Positions 14,001 to 26,900 of a DNA stretch of 64,000 bases are shown here, one piece after another; position 1 is the first letter of the stretch; each line of letters starts with the position of its first letter. The notes under the pieces are model-generated. The model was not told the origin of the DNA, did no database searches, and saw only the letters and a program-made list of their open reading frames with translations. The stretch is from positions 248,001-312,000 of the forward strand of contig NOWV01000026.1 in NCBI GenBank assembly GCA_003344405.1, given 5' to 3'. Origin of the DNA: Trichoplax sp. H2. Lineage: Eukaryota. Both the position numbers and the translations under genes were made by a program.

Positions 14001-14887
14001 TTTCTAACTGAAGAACAACGAAATATTTTGATACTTTTTAGGAGAAGATGTATCAATTGAAAGCTTTAAGAGTTATATGAAGACTTTTCACAATAATGTT
14101 CTAGGCCTAAGTGAAGCACGCAGCCAATTGAGGCAGTTTAGGTAGAAGAAGAGAAATTATATAATAAATAAATCTGCTCCTTAAATATCTTAAACGAATT
14201 TGTTACTCAGCTCGCAATTTCAATGTATAGAGACCTTCTAAAAGTTGGTGGCCAACAGAACTTAAACTATCAGTCAATAAATAAGCAGGTAATATCCTCT
14301 AGTCTATTTTGTAACAGCGATGCAAAAGCCATAATTTGACTTTCATTATACTAGAAAATCACTTATATGCTTTTTCTAATATGTTCATATTAACAATTCA
14401 TAATCCAGATATTAAATGCTATATTCGATCCAAAGAAGGTTGAATTGATCGATGTTGAAAATAAGTCATCCGGACTACGAGATTTTATCAAAAGTGGTTT
14501 TAGGTAGTATTGAATGATTACACTAATTCTTGAATGCGCTTATTGTTGATTAAACTATTTATAACTAATTACCAATTACTTAGTTTATTCATGAACGTAA
14601 GCAAGCCTAGGCCAAATGATCATCCCTTATTGTTCTTATTTGTCATTGGTGGAATAACATGTGATGAATTAAAAAGTCTTAATGAGCTGGTGACTTCTCA
14701 GTATCCGAATATAAAGGTCTGTCACCATGAGCTACCAAGATGAATAGTATCTTATATTGATCATACAGCAATCTAGAATTCTTTCTGTTTTTATCACTCT
14801 TTTTAGGTTATCATTGGTAGCACCAGATTATTGAAACCGGACGATATTTGCATTCAAATTTTAAAGGAAGATAATCTCTTTATATGA
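11027..14887 (+). CDS. SCFD2: Sec1 family domain-containing protein 2, multi-exon
   Basis: First exon SWSTFLKSLDGGVVYMDNLAVEYFHWSG; internal ASIILVDRTLDV..LPTLPGHHSDVAVEM; late exons DVENKSSGLRDFIKSGF/SLFMNVSKPRPNDHPLLFLFVIGGIT..KVIIGSTRLLKP; TGA at 14885-14887. Not every internal boundary was verified. Confidence 0.9.
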
Positions 14888-16008
14888 TAAAATTAAATTT
14901 GTACATATTTTCAATTTATTATATTATTTTAATGGTTATAGTAACTGTATGTCTTTTAAAATTTAACAATATCAAGTTCTTAAATAAACACGTTATGTTA
15001 CTTTGTACTGTATGTAAAGATTAAAAGTTTTATTCAGAAGATAGAGCAAACTATTAAACTATAATATCAACAGATATACTAAAAACGACTAGTATTCATA
15101 ATCAAAGGATATAGTAGTTAGTTGATCATATCGAAGAATTAAGGGCACTGTTAGGTAAGATAGTATTTTTTAGAAGTCATTGCTGAAAAATTTATGAAAG
15201 TGGTATCACCTGAATAATACACCCTGTAAATAATTACGGTTATAATGTGTGATAAAGTGTCTTCTCAAAAATATAACAAGAACTACAATTTCTTGCAAGC
15301 TTCACTTTATTACATAAGATTATGTTCATCTCACTACTACCAAGGATTCAGTACATTCGTAAATATGATATAAGATGTTGGGAAATGTTTAAAATCCTGT
15401 TAATCGACAATTATAATCTCTACTAATTAAAAATTTCCTAAAAAGGTTGTTGCTTGCTATACAATAGCACTTCTGACTTTTTATTTCTATTCTCATATGT
15501 ATGGGGCTTTGTTACTGAGTCACATTTATTTACAATCTTAATAGACTATCAAACGCCCTTTCTTTAGATTAAGCGATTGCTCTTAAGTCATTTCTATAGT
15601 AATCTATATAAAACTTTGTAAAATAGTGAAGAAAAAAAGATGGCGACATCATGATCTGGTACGGTAAAACTTAAACATGCTATCACTTTGTAGGTATTTT
15701 ATATAGTAAAGTAATAATGGATTCATACTAAAAGCTATAATGGACTCCGCTTTTAGTCCTTTACTACAATTTCATCTATTCAGGAATATAGATCGGTAGC
15801 CAGAATTAAAAACAAAGTGCACACTGTGCAGTGCACAATTGGTGCATCGCAATTGATGATTAAGCTAATTAACATTGTAATGATTTCAGCTAATAGTAGT
15901 GCAGTACTGTAGGGTGGCTAATACGATGAGACGGCGCACTTGTACTGTTTCTAGTATAAGACTGTATCACATTAGGGAATTACTCAATTTTGTTAATTCA
16001 AATTTTGG

Positions 16009-16114
16009 GTTACGTAAGTGAACCTACAGTAATTACAGGAGACTATTACTCGGTCATTACAGTTATGTAGGTGAACCAACAGTAATAGCAGGAAAATATT
16101 ACTCGGTCATTTCA
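16009..16114. repeat. Imperfect tandem duplication, 2 x 53 bp
   Basis: Copies 16009-16061 and 16062-16114 match at 45/53 positions by manual alignment. Confidence 0.85.
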
Positions 16115-17462
16115 AACATAACGAATAAAATTAAAAACATATATTACATATATATCGATTTAGCTTCTAGCATGGACAATAAAGACTGAAGACAGAGCTA
16201 AAACATCTACTGATAAAGAACTGAGTGATTGGAATTTGATTACTTGATCGAAAATAATTTCAGATTCTAATTTACCGGCATAGAAATGTGATGGATACAG
16301 CAAACTAGCAGAGCTAATTTGTTATTCAATTTTAGATTATTCCGTACATTATATTATGTAAGTGTGAAATTTTCTGAAATACCATAACTGTACCAATTCA
16401 ATTACGCGTATACGAACGGAAGTATCTTAGTGCTATATCAAACTGTAGTAGCGTTGTGATATTCTAGTAGATTATGTAGACCTAATATATATATTACACT
16501 ATATGTCCGTATTAATGAATTACAGGAATTATAAGGATATAGACAAATAGGAAAGTACCATTTTAAATAGATACATAGCTGACGGCAAAGGAACCTTTTT
16601 GATGTATACGCATACGATATATATATATTTATACGTATAGTAGTTAATTATAGGTATTCGATAGATTTTGAAATTGTAATTAAGCTTAATTCTAGCAGAA
16701 GCTTAAGGTTTTAGTTGGGTTCATTTAACAACAATAACACTTCTCAGCTTAGATCTTCGCTAGTAATCTGATTGAGTGTAGTGATGAAATAAGGAGCCGT
16801 CTTTAGTCTACCTAATCACTTTGAGGATCAAGTCCAATAGACGGACCAAGTTTCTAGAATTCAATATGATTGACAGATATTGAGACTGCCGGTTCTGTCA
16901 AATACTTCAAGCAAGGCAGTCAACTTTACCTTTTACGTTAAACAAAATGAGTTTCCAATTTTAGTTCGTACACAGTTTTGATGTATGATTTAGTTTTCCA
17001 TTGTGAAAACTAAAATGATATAAGTGATAATCGTACGTACGAGAATATAGTCAGTCATACATTAAAGGAGGTACGTCTACAATCTTTCTTGACATTTGGA
17101 AGTACCCGCAATACTGTATTATAACCGTGTAGAAATGTGTGGTCCATGCCAGTCATCAGTAAATTCTAATAGAAAATACCGTATGGAAATTTTCAGTCAA
17201 GGACTACTAGAAATTATGAAAAGGAATCTAGATTCCTTTTTCTAACAGTTCTTGATCCAACGTTGCGCTCGGACTCGAGAATTTTCCTTATTACCTCGTA
17301 TACTGGTCATTGCGCAGACCGCGGTACAGTTCCCTGAATCTGCAGTAGCCCTAACTATTTTGCATAAATTACTTTATACACAAAATTGTTAGGGCTAATA
17401 TGCAGCGCTAATACTATGCCTTATAAACGTAGAGATTTAACTACTGGACAGTCCAATGGCGC

Positions 17463-17530
17463 GTACAGTACACCACAGTACATTATACTGTAGGGTACAG
17501 TATTCGGATTTTGTGTACTGTACTGTACGC
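17463..17530. repeat. Short GTAC-core pentamer array upstream of ATAT1
   Basis: GTACAGTAC..CAGTAC..TACTGTA..GTACAGTA..GTACTGTACTGTAC, about 300 bp upstream of the ATG. Confidence 0.7.
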
Positions 17531-17737
17531 TCACGGTGCAGTCCTCTCTTCATGGTGTCTACTGTAGAGTGTACTGTTCGAGTTTACAGTCCACGATTGT
17601 ATATTTAATGCACATGTGGGTGCTCAGGTTCAAGCAAATAGAGGTAAAATTAAAAAATTTTTTATATTTCTATCACCAATACTTTGAGTACAGTACCGAA
17701 TGTCAAGAGAGAAGGTTTTTCTCAACAGGCAATCTTT

Positions 17738-17751
17738 GCTGTCATAACAAC
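17738..17751 (+). promoter_or_regulatory. Candidate RFX X-box upstream of ATAT1
   Basis: GCTGTC-AT-AACAAC fits the GYTRYY-N1-3-RRHRAC X-box consensus and lies about 60 bp before the ATG. Confidence 0.45.
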
Positions 17752-17811
17752 GGCAGGTTCAGTTTAAAAACCTGAGAGCTGTAACTGTTTCGGATTGGGT
17801 TAAGTTTGGAA

Positions 17812-20800
17812 ATGGAATTCGATTTTGATATTAGTCAGTCATTGCCAGACACTATTACTAAAGTGGATAATACGCTCAATCCTTTTAATCGACAACTGGA
17901 TGTTACCAGGTTAGTGACAAGAACTTTCGTCATTAACAGTCTAGTACTTCTTTGCAAGAGGTACGTTAATTGATTACAAGTTGAATGAATACGCTCTTAC
18001 TATAAATTTACCGAAACAGTGTTGATTCACAATTCTGGTAGTAAATATTTTATAGTTCTATCAGCGTACGAGTATACTGGTATTGTAACAAGGAGATAAC
18101 AAAATGGCGATGAATTCATGCGGTATTGACCATTTTAATTATATTTTACCACATTATAGCAGGAAGCGTTTGCAACAGAATTTAATCGTCATTATCGATC
18201 GTATGGGAATGGCATCAGCGAAGGCAAGACTTCTCCGACGACTTACAGTATAGTAGATTAAAACATAACATCAATAAAGATCAGTAAAACTTTATTTTCA
18301 TCAACTAATACATTAGTTTAGACAAATGCTTCATACACACGCGTATAATCATTTAAAATAAAACAGATGTATTAGTACCGTGAACGACGGATTGCAGCAG
18401 TTCAATAAGAGTTATAGTATTTACAGTAGACTAGCAATTCATATTTTAATAAGACTGATACAAATTTGTTCAGAGTAAAATCTGCTCTAAATTAACGTTG
18501 AAATTCACAAATTTATCACTCATTCTAGGCTCAGTCTCTGAAAGGAGCAATAACAACTGCAGCTAAGCTAGGAATATCTGATCATCGATTGTACATATTA
18601 AAGGAAACTGAAGTGAATAGGTTAACCAGCTATTATTGCGTGATTAAGGATTAAGATCCAATTGCTGCTTCAACATAATTGTTGGTATATCATTGGTTCA
18701 TCCAATCAGTTTACCAATACTATTTCATTTTATAGAGGGCTAGGGAAGGTAGTTGGTATATTAAAAGTTGGAAAAAAGAAGTTATTTGTTGTGGTAAGCT
18801 CCATGATAGGCTTATGCGAGAAATAGGTCACACTGATAGTCCGTTAGCTGGAGAAATTACACGATCTAGTTTTTTTAATTACGAAATATTCGGTTTCGCA
18901 ATCAATTTATACTGCTATCCCTAATGTAGGATTATACTGGAGCACAACACGAATGCCTCCCTTTATGCGTGCTCGATTTTTATGTTCATGAGTCACAACA
19001 ACGGACTGGGAATGGAAAACTCCTTTTTGAATACATGCTTAAGGTAATCTATTTGCTAGGGTATCACTGCAAATAGCACACTACTACGAGGACCTTCTTA
19101 TTTATTATATTTATTATGATATGCTTTCCCATGCCTTTTTTAGGCTGAAAATGTAACCCCATCACACCTTGCAATTGATAGACCATCGTTTAAATTCCTA
19201 TCATTTTTACAAAAGCATTATGGTTTAAGAGATACATTACCAAAGGTATGTTATTCTGTTCGTTTCTCATCAACCTTTTCTTTTACCTTAATGATAAATG
19301 AAATGCGTCTCCTTTTTTATATTTAGCAAGTTAATAATTTTGTCGTTTTCGAAGATTTATTTAATTTAATTAGGAAAAAGAAATCAGGTACATTTAATAT
19401 GGATAGCTGATAATATGAATTAATATTTCGATGGATTACTTGCTATTCACTATGATACCATAATTTACAGATAAAAACGAGTTTTAACTGTTTTATTTAT
19501 TGCAAAGGCGGAATTACGCAACATCAGCCTACTAGCTTGAAACCACCAATTCCTCCTACAGGGCGGCGATGTATGCACTTGCTAAATCTAACAATTTGGC
19601 AGACACGATAATATACGCGTATATCATAAAAATATATCAGCATTTAATTTACAATTTATCCAATAATATTTTAAGCATTATATATGTGCAATAGATTTTA
19701 ATAGACAAGAACATACATGGCATCCTTCGACGTCTACAAACGCATTAAGTGGTACTTCTATTTAAACCATATTTCATAGTTGTTTATAAGTCATATTACC
19801 AATAGTTCATTTTATCTGATCAAAATTTAAGGTTTAGGAAACACTTCCTTATTTACTGAAAAACCTCCAAAGAATCAAATATCATTGAGGTTAAGACACT
19901 TGAATATATTATGACCAAAGGACTGTAAATGCGAGCGTATTTCTTATCTGATACTTTGTTCAGTGATTATGATTTAGAAACGTAGCGATCTTGTTGACGC
20001 TATGAAAGCAAAGATCTTTGTTTACGAGTCTGCTCATAGTTTTTTCTTCATTGATAGTATGGAAATGCATGGAAATATCCAATCCAATGCGCTAGCCATA
20101 AATTCTAGACCTGACCAAAACTCCGCAAATATAGGTCTATCAGCCCAAGCTAATATGTATAGTCGCTACGGTTCATCTTTGCCTAATATTTTCAACAAGT
20201 CTACTCAACGCAGAGATCATGGTAACCGTAACGATCGAATGAATTCAACACGATCTGCGCATGGCAAGATAAATTTTCAGAATTTTGAAAGAAAAGAGTA
20301 AGTATTAAAATGGTCATTCGTGATCATGTATGAATATGCTACATTGCTTGTATATCAAATACTGTACTAGTTATATCTGAATTTCCTCTTACAAATATAA
20401 AAGTTGAAGTCATTTTAGTGCTATAGTAAATCGATTACATACCAGAGAGATTTTAGAGTGTAAATTTAAATGAGATTACGTTTGCAAATAATTAAAATAT
20501 GTGACTTAATAGATTCGCGATAAGGATATAAAATGTTCATTATGTTCTTTTTGCTTTAGAACCTATGTAAGTGGGACAAGAAACATTGGAAATCGCACCG
20601 CTCCTAGTAAATTAACTGGAACGGGTAATTATACTGTATCCTCAATATTGAATGAAAATTCTTATCTCAAGAATAATGATAGTTTTAAGAATCTATTCAA
20701 CTATACTACTAATTATGATAATTTTAAGAGAAACAGATGAAGACAATATTAAGTATTATGCTAAAATACTCAAATTGTTCGAGTTCTGGTTGATGTCTCT

Positions 20801-20905
20801 TTTTGTAAATACGCTTAGTTTCAAAATTTTGCATGTCAATGGATGTCATGTTGACACTAACTCTATACCACTATATATGTCGATCTTTAAATATTTTTAG
20901 ATTGA
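17812..20905 (+). CDS. ATAT1: Alpha-tubulin N-acetyltransferase 1 (MEC-17 family); 3' end approximate
   Basis: Spliced translation MEFDFDI...[22 protein letters not shown]...[16 protein letters not shown]...[27 protein letters not shown]...[20 protein letters not shown]...QVNNFVVFE. Low-complexity C-terminal exons follow, with the stop at about 20905-20909. Confidence 0.92.
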
Positions 20906-23900
20906 ATGAAGAACAAAGCCATAATTACTTTAAATAGAAATATTGTTATTAAGATTATGTTGATATACTGTATGACAAAGGATGCCACCGTCAGATTATT
21001 TTTGTAAAATTAAGATGGTATGCTATAGAAAATTACGTACTATTGAGCTAAATCTTGCTATTAATGGATTATTAATACGAACTTTTTGATTGAGTATAAT
21101 ATTTCTTATTTACGATTTATCTGACGAAATGTTATTCTTATAATAATTCAAACCACTGTATTTAGCTTGAATTTTATTGACGTTATTAGTATCGAACTGC
21201 AAAAAGGTCATTGACTGATACTGAGTAATTCCATAAAATCGGTCTATAAAAATCTACTGTGCATTTAAATCATTGTAAATTTTGCCAAATGAGAGTATAC
21301 GTTTATATATATATATTTATCGATTACAATTATTATAGATGCATGAAATAAAATTTTATGTAAATCTTTAAGTAACATGGATTAATTATGGTGTTGCATA
21401 CTAAAAATTGTAGTTAAGTTTGTTGAGGTATATTGCTTAACATATTGCTGTATCTACTGCAGAATTCATCGTAAGGGCAAGACGGCATGTGATTTAGATG
21501 ATTATGTAGAAGCAACTACGTGAGAATACAATATAGCACGTTAGAATACAATGCTAGGAATAGTATGTAATTGCAAATATAAAATCAATATTGCATGATG
21601 TCATAAAAGTTAATATATTGATGTACAGATTTTGGTATAAGCGAGGAGGATAGAGGCGATGCTAATATTGCCGAATAAATGGGGTTGATAGAGTGCAGAT
21701 ATTTTCAGGCTGATGGATAACTTCAGCGGTTTATTGATCATTTTGCCAGCTTAGATTTGAGAGAGTTGTCTCTACCTTAACGAAGATATTGCCTTACCTA
21801 AGTTTTACTGCTTCATGCAATATTAAATTCTCGAGCATTAATAGCAAATATTTTGAATACTTAATAGCATTTGATTTTATTTCGTAAATGAAACAAGTGT
21901 TTATTTCTAGATGATTTATATTCATTTGTAGAAGTATATACATTTACTTCGTCCAAATTCTATATTATAATATTTCATATCGAAAGGATCGGTAATTGCA
22001 TTAACTCGTTTAATAGCATTATCGACAAAAGAAGATTTCTATTTTAGCTCTAATGGAAATACCAGATGCAATATGCGATCCCAGTGTTACACTTACCCTG
22101 TCCCTCAGGTTCATTAATTTTTTAACATTTATTAAGCACGTTATTACAGCGTCGTAACCAGTGCTATTAAACTGCATTTTGCTATTCCTAAAGTGATTTC
22201 AGTTAATAATTTCGGGTAAAAGTAATATTTATTTCGTACATTAAAATGGTTGGTGTGCAGTTCTGAATAAAGTGGAAGCAGTAAAACAGGTGACAAACTA
22301 CTGTCGTAAAGTACCTCTCATCTGGATTTTAATTTCTCTCTTTCTGTAATCTATCCAAGTCATCTAATCATGCTTTATACACCTATGCTGTTTAGATCAG
22401 CTTCAAATAAACATCCCTGATACAGCAGGTATCTATCTTCATACAATTCGCACAAAGTCGGCTTAGTACCGTTTTTCTATATAAATCACTGAAACTCGCA
22501 TAATAAATCATCCAACTCTAAGACAAAAATATTACTTAACATCACTTCAATATAACAACCTATTAATCCTATTATAGCTAATAATTTTGCAGGCATTAAC
22601 ATAATCTATTGTCACTTCAATAGTAATGCATATTCTCATATAATTTCCATTACGACCTATCGATAGTGGTTCTCACATTTTAACATGTCTGATTTAACTA
22701 ATTAGTTGACAAATTTATTGATCCCATCTTAAATGTGGACTGTCTACACTACTGTACACATAGTTAAGCCTTTGCCGTGGATGCTAAGTACTGTTACTGT
22801 AATTCCCATATAAACTAAATTATAACATAATTTGTATTATCAATTACCGGTACAGAGCGTAGCTATACCTTCAATGACACAATGTACAATCAACTATAGT
22901 TTCTAGGACATACTCTCCAAAAAACTCTGGCAATATAGGTATTCAAGTTAACCATTTCACGCTTGCTGGAAGGTACTCCACATCTTACAAATATGAGTGT
23001 TACTGTAGTACTACGATACCAATTTATTAGCTACATTCGTGTCGAGAGCGCAAAATACTGTCAATACAAAGTGAGTTCCATTAGTGCAATTTAAATTTCG
23101 TAAAATGTACTTGTACATGAAAGTAATTTTTATGTAATGGATAAATTTTCAAAAATGCAGAAATGAAACCAAACACGATAAAATTCTTATGATATTACTT
23201 TTAATTATGCAATTAAGTCTTAGATAGCTTAATAAGTGGCATTATTAAATTTTGGGAAACTTCCTAGTGAGTATATGCCAAATCATCAGAAACTCAAATT
23301 CTGCACTAGCTGCAGATTATACGGCAGATGACTAATCCTTTATGCAGAAAGTAAACTTAAATCAATAATTATGAGTCATCATTTAACAATGAAATGCAAG
23401 AGACATTAATTCTCACTAATATCATTAGTGATTTACAAATTTAGTTGATGTCATAGTATATTCGCAACATAAATAGACGATCATCCTTTTTAGTTGTTAG
23501 TGTAAACTGATTATAAAATGCAATTATTTAATGCTACTAAGCTATTTATAGATTCTTTCCGATCTTTTCAGGTTATATGGCTGCAAAGTGACTGACAATA
23601 AAACTTCTTACCGGTGTTGGTTATAAATAGCGGATTAGTTTCTTGCCATGGTTGTTCAAGGCTAATAATTGTAAGATTTATTATCAACATTAATTACATC
23701 AACTTAACTTGTACAGTTAATACTGCAATGTGTAACGCGATGGAGTAAGCAAAACGTCTGTTTTGGTATGATTTGCACTTTATGAACTATAGATCTAATA
23801 AAATTCTATACATTTTTCCTGCAACATCTATGACTCAAGGCAAATGACATCAATTAATATTGCATTATTGTTACTGTTTGGACTATTTATTAAGATCATT

Positions 23901-26900
23901 CAGCAAGATAAGTTATTTTAGTGCAATTAATTGCATTTCATTCTATTTTAGATAAGTAATTAATAACTATAATCAAATTAATTAGCGTATTATTATAAAG
24001 AGCATATTGTTACGTGAACTTACTATATCGTCGTAGTAATAATTATACTGTATCCCAAGTAAACAATTCTTATTATGCTATATGACGTCAATAACTCAAT
24101 AAAGTTGTTATTTATTATACTACGTACGACGCACCATAGGCTGTAGATGCATAAGTTTGGCAGCATAGTTTTTCTGTATAAATCGCATCATAAAATTGCC
24201 TTTTTTCAATATCGACATTTCGATCAATACGTGATTGCAAATGCCAGACGTAATCTTGAGGAATGAACACTGTCAAACATGAGTCATACAAAATTCAATG
24301 ATGTGATTAAGACTGCCAAAAAATAAATATCTAGAAATTAGTAACTAGAAAGATTTCGTAAACAATTAATTGAGTTAATTAAACATTGGCTACGTATAGT
24401 TAACATTTACTGCAAATTTAATTGTAGAAATAAAGTCACTAAACTATTTACATTTAACTCAGGTAACACAAACCATAACATTTTGCATAATCAGCTAGAA
24501 CAGGCATTTAAAAGAATAACATGAGATTTATTCGATCCTGCTTATCCATTTGATAAATATAGAAACAGTACGGTAATGGTAGTAAGATAAATTTTTTGAT
24601 ACAGTGCTCTTGGATTAAAGTCAAAATTTTTTTGTTTTGTGATCAGTATTAATTATATGACAAGAGGTTGACATAGAAATTCAAAATAAGGTAATATTCT
24701 TCACTTTTAATAGGTTACTCTAGAATACTTTTTAGATAACTCAATAACCTTACAACTTTGATATTCTTTCATTCAGTCTTTGTTAGTTTACTTGATTGTA
24801 TCAGTCAATTTGTACTTGCTATACTATTCATTTTGCAATACTTACTGATATCATGCAGCTTTACTAGATGCATACTATATTTCTTCCAAAGTTGGTTTAC
24901 GGTCATATGTACGTATATCTTCAATCATATTGCCGAAAAACTAAAAATAAACAAGTAATGTTGATCTTGACCAGTTGCAATGAAAGCTCCAATCATTTTT
25001 AATCATTTCGAATTTTTATTACTAATTAATGAAAGATAATTTTGCCGCATTAGAATTTTTATTGACAACGATTAAGAATTTATGTAATATAGTACCGGCT
25101 GTGCAGCACATCTTCATTTTAGCACATCTTGTAACCGCAACATGAATTGTGACAAAAGATATGAAAATATTGCTATTCTAGGAATAAAATTATGATATTT
25201 CGTGATAACTGAAGCGTTCCATTTGCGTCATTAATACGCACTTGCCTATCAACTTCCAAATTCTAGCTTTTTTGTAATTAGATTGCGTACAAGTTCGTTC
25301 CTAAATTGCTATAACAGTCTCAATTCAAGAAGATCCGCGGATTTTATATCCTAGCAATCGAAAGTATAAATTTTTGAAAGACGTTTACGTATTATAATAT
25401 GATTAAGAATCAATTTTGAAGTTAATGGAATTTGCTTTAGACTTAAGGGATTTAGTAAGACGGCACTTAGTATTAGTTGTAGATTAGCTACTGATAATAT
25501 TGCCTCTAAGATAAAAATGAAAATAATAAAAATTATGACATAAATAACTAAAAATAGAATTTAATGTGGTGTAGTACTTATTAAGTAGCTTTAATTGCGC
25601 TATGTAGGTTGTAATACTTTTTATTCGGTATAGTATTGACGTCAGTGGACCTGATAATGCGTAAATTAAAGGTCCTTAATCTATTGATGAATTGTTACCC
25701 TTATAGTAATGAATGTAATTAAGGCGATAGCAATGACATACTAAATTTTATATATTAAGTAAGAAATTTTATATGCTGAGCATAGAAAATGAAAGTTGAA
25801 ACAGGTTTTGGAATACAAAAATGAATATTTAAGCTAAATCGAAGCTATAAGACTCTTACATAATTGTATCAATTTTATGATTTTGTAGTATCCAGATAAT
25901 AAATTATTATCCACGTTAATGTAACAAACAACATCTAATAATAATTATATATATATAGATAATCAATAGGATTGCAGGTAATACTTGAAAATATGCTAAG
26001 ACGTCATGGTATAATAGTGATTAGAACTGATCAGAAATGTTACTTATGTAATTATTTACGGCTGTATTTCGAGGTTAAGTAACTTAATTGGAAAGAGCTC
26101 TAGTATGTTTTATGCTTAAAACATAAACTTGCCTACTGTTCCATAAATATCATTATACATTACAGAAGAATATCTTTCATGATCCTTACAGGAAAGCAGC
26201 GAAAATAATTACGATATTGTTTACCAATAGTGAAAATAAATATTTCCTATACAGGCATAGCATGATATGACTAGTCTGATATCGAGTAAGTGCTAAATTA
26301 GATTATATTGGTAAAAATCTTTTAGTCCGGGCATGCCATATACAAGTTTTTGAGATAGTTTTTGGTTTAATTAACAATTGTTACTTTTCTTACCTTTCCT
26401 TGACTTCTATTCATCATTTAACTTGAGTATAGCTGCGATTGAAACGATCTTTACTTAATAACAATACACTATCGAAAGCTGGGCTAATAAATATTGTAAG
26501 GGTTATAGTCCGGATTTATGTGCATACTGTACCCATCGTCGGATAACGAGCTTTCTAATAAATTTGAGAACTACAATTTTGATAAATTCTTTCATTTTAA
26601 CAGTACAAAACTTAAGATCAAAACTATATTGATATAGCTTTTTAAAGCTACTATACATTAGTGTGTGAGTTGTTTGATTGATTTTCTCTATTCGATTTTA
26701 TTGATACGACAGAATATTGTCACGTTAATTAAATGAACATAACCTTCAAATATTATTGTTGTCATGCTTTAAGGCGTACTTATTTGATTTCTGTAATTAT
26801 GTACATATTTTTTTGGTAATTCTTTGATCTCAGATCAATACTAAACACGATTGGAATGATTTCAAACTGATAATTATTCAAGCGGTAATGAAGTAAGGAC

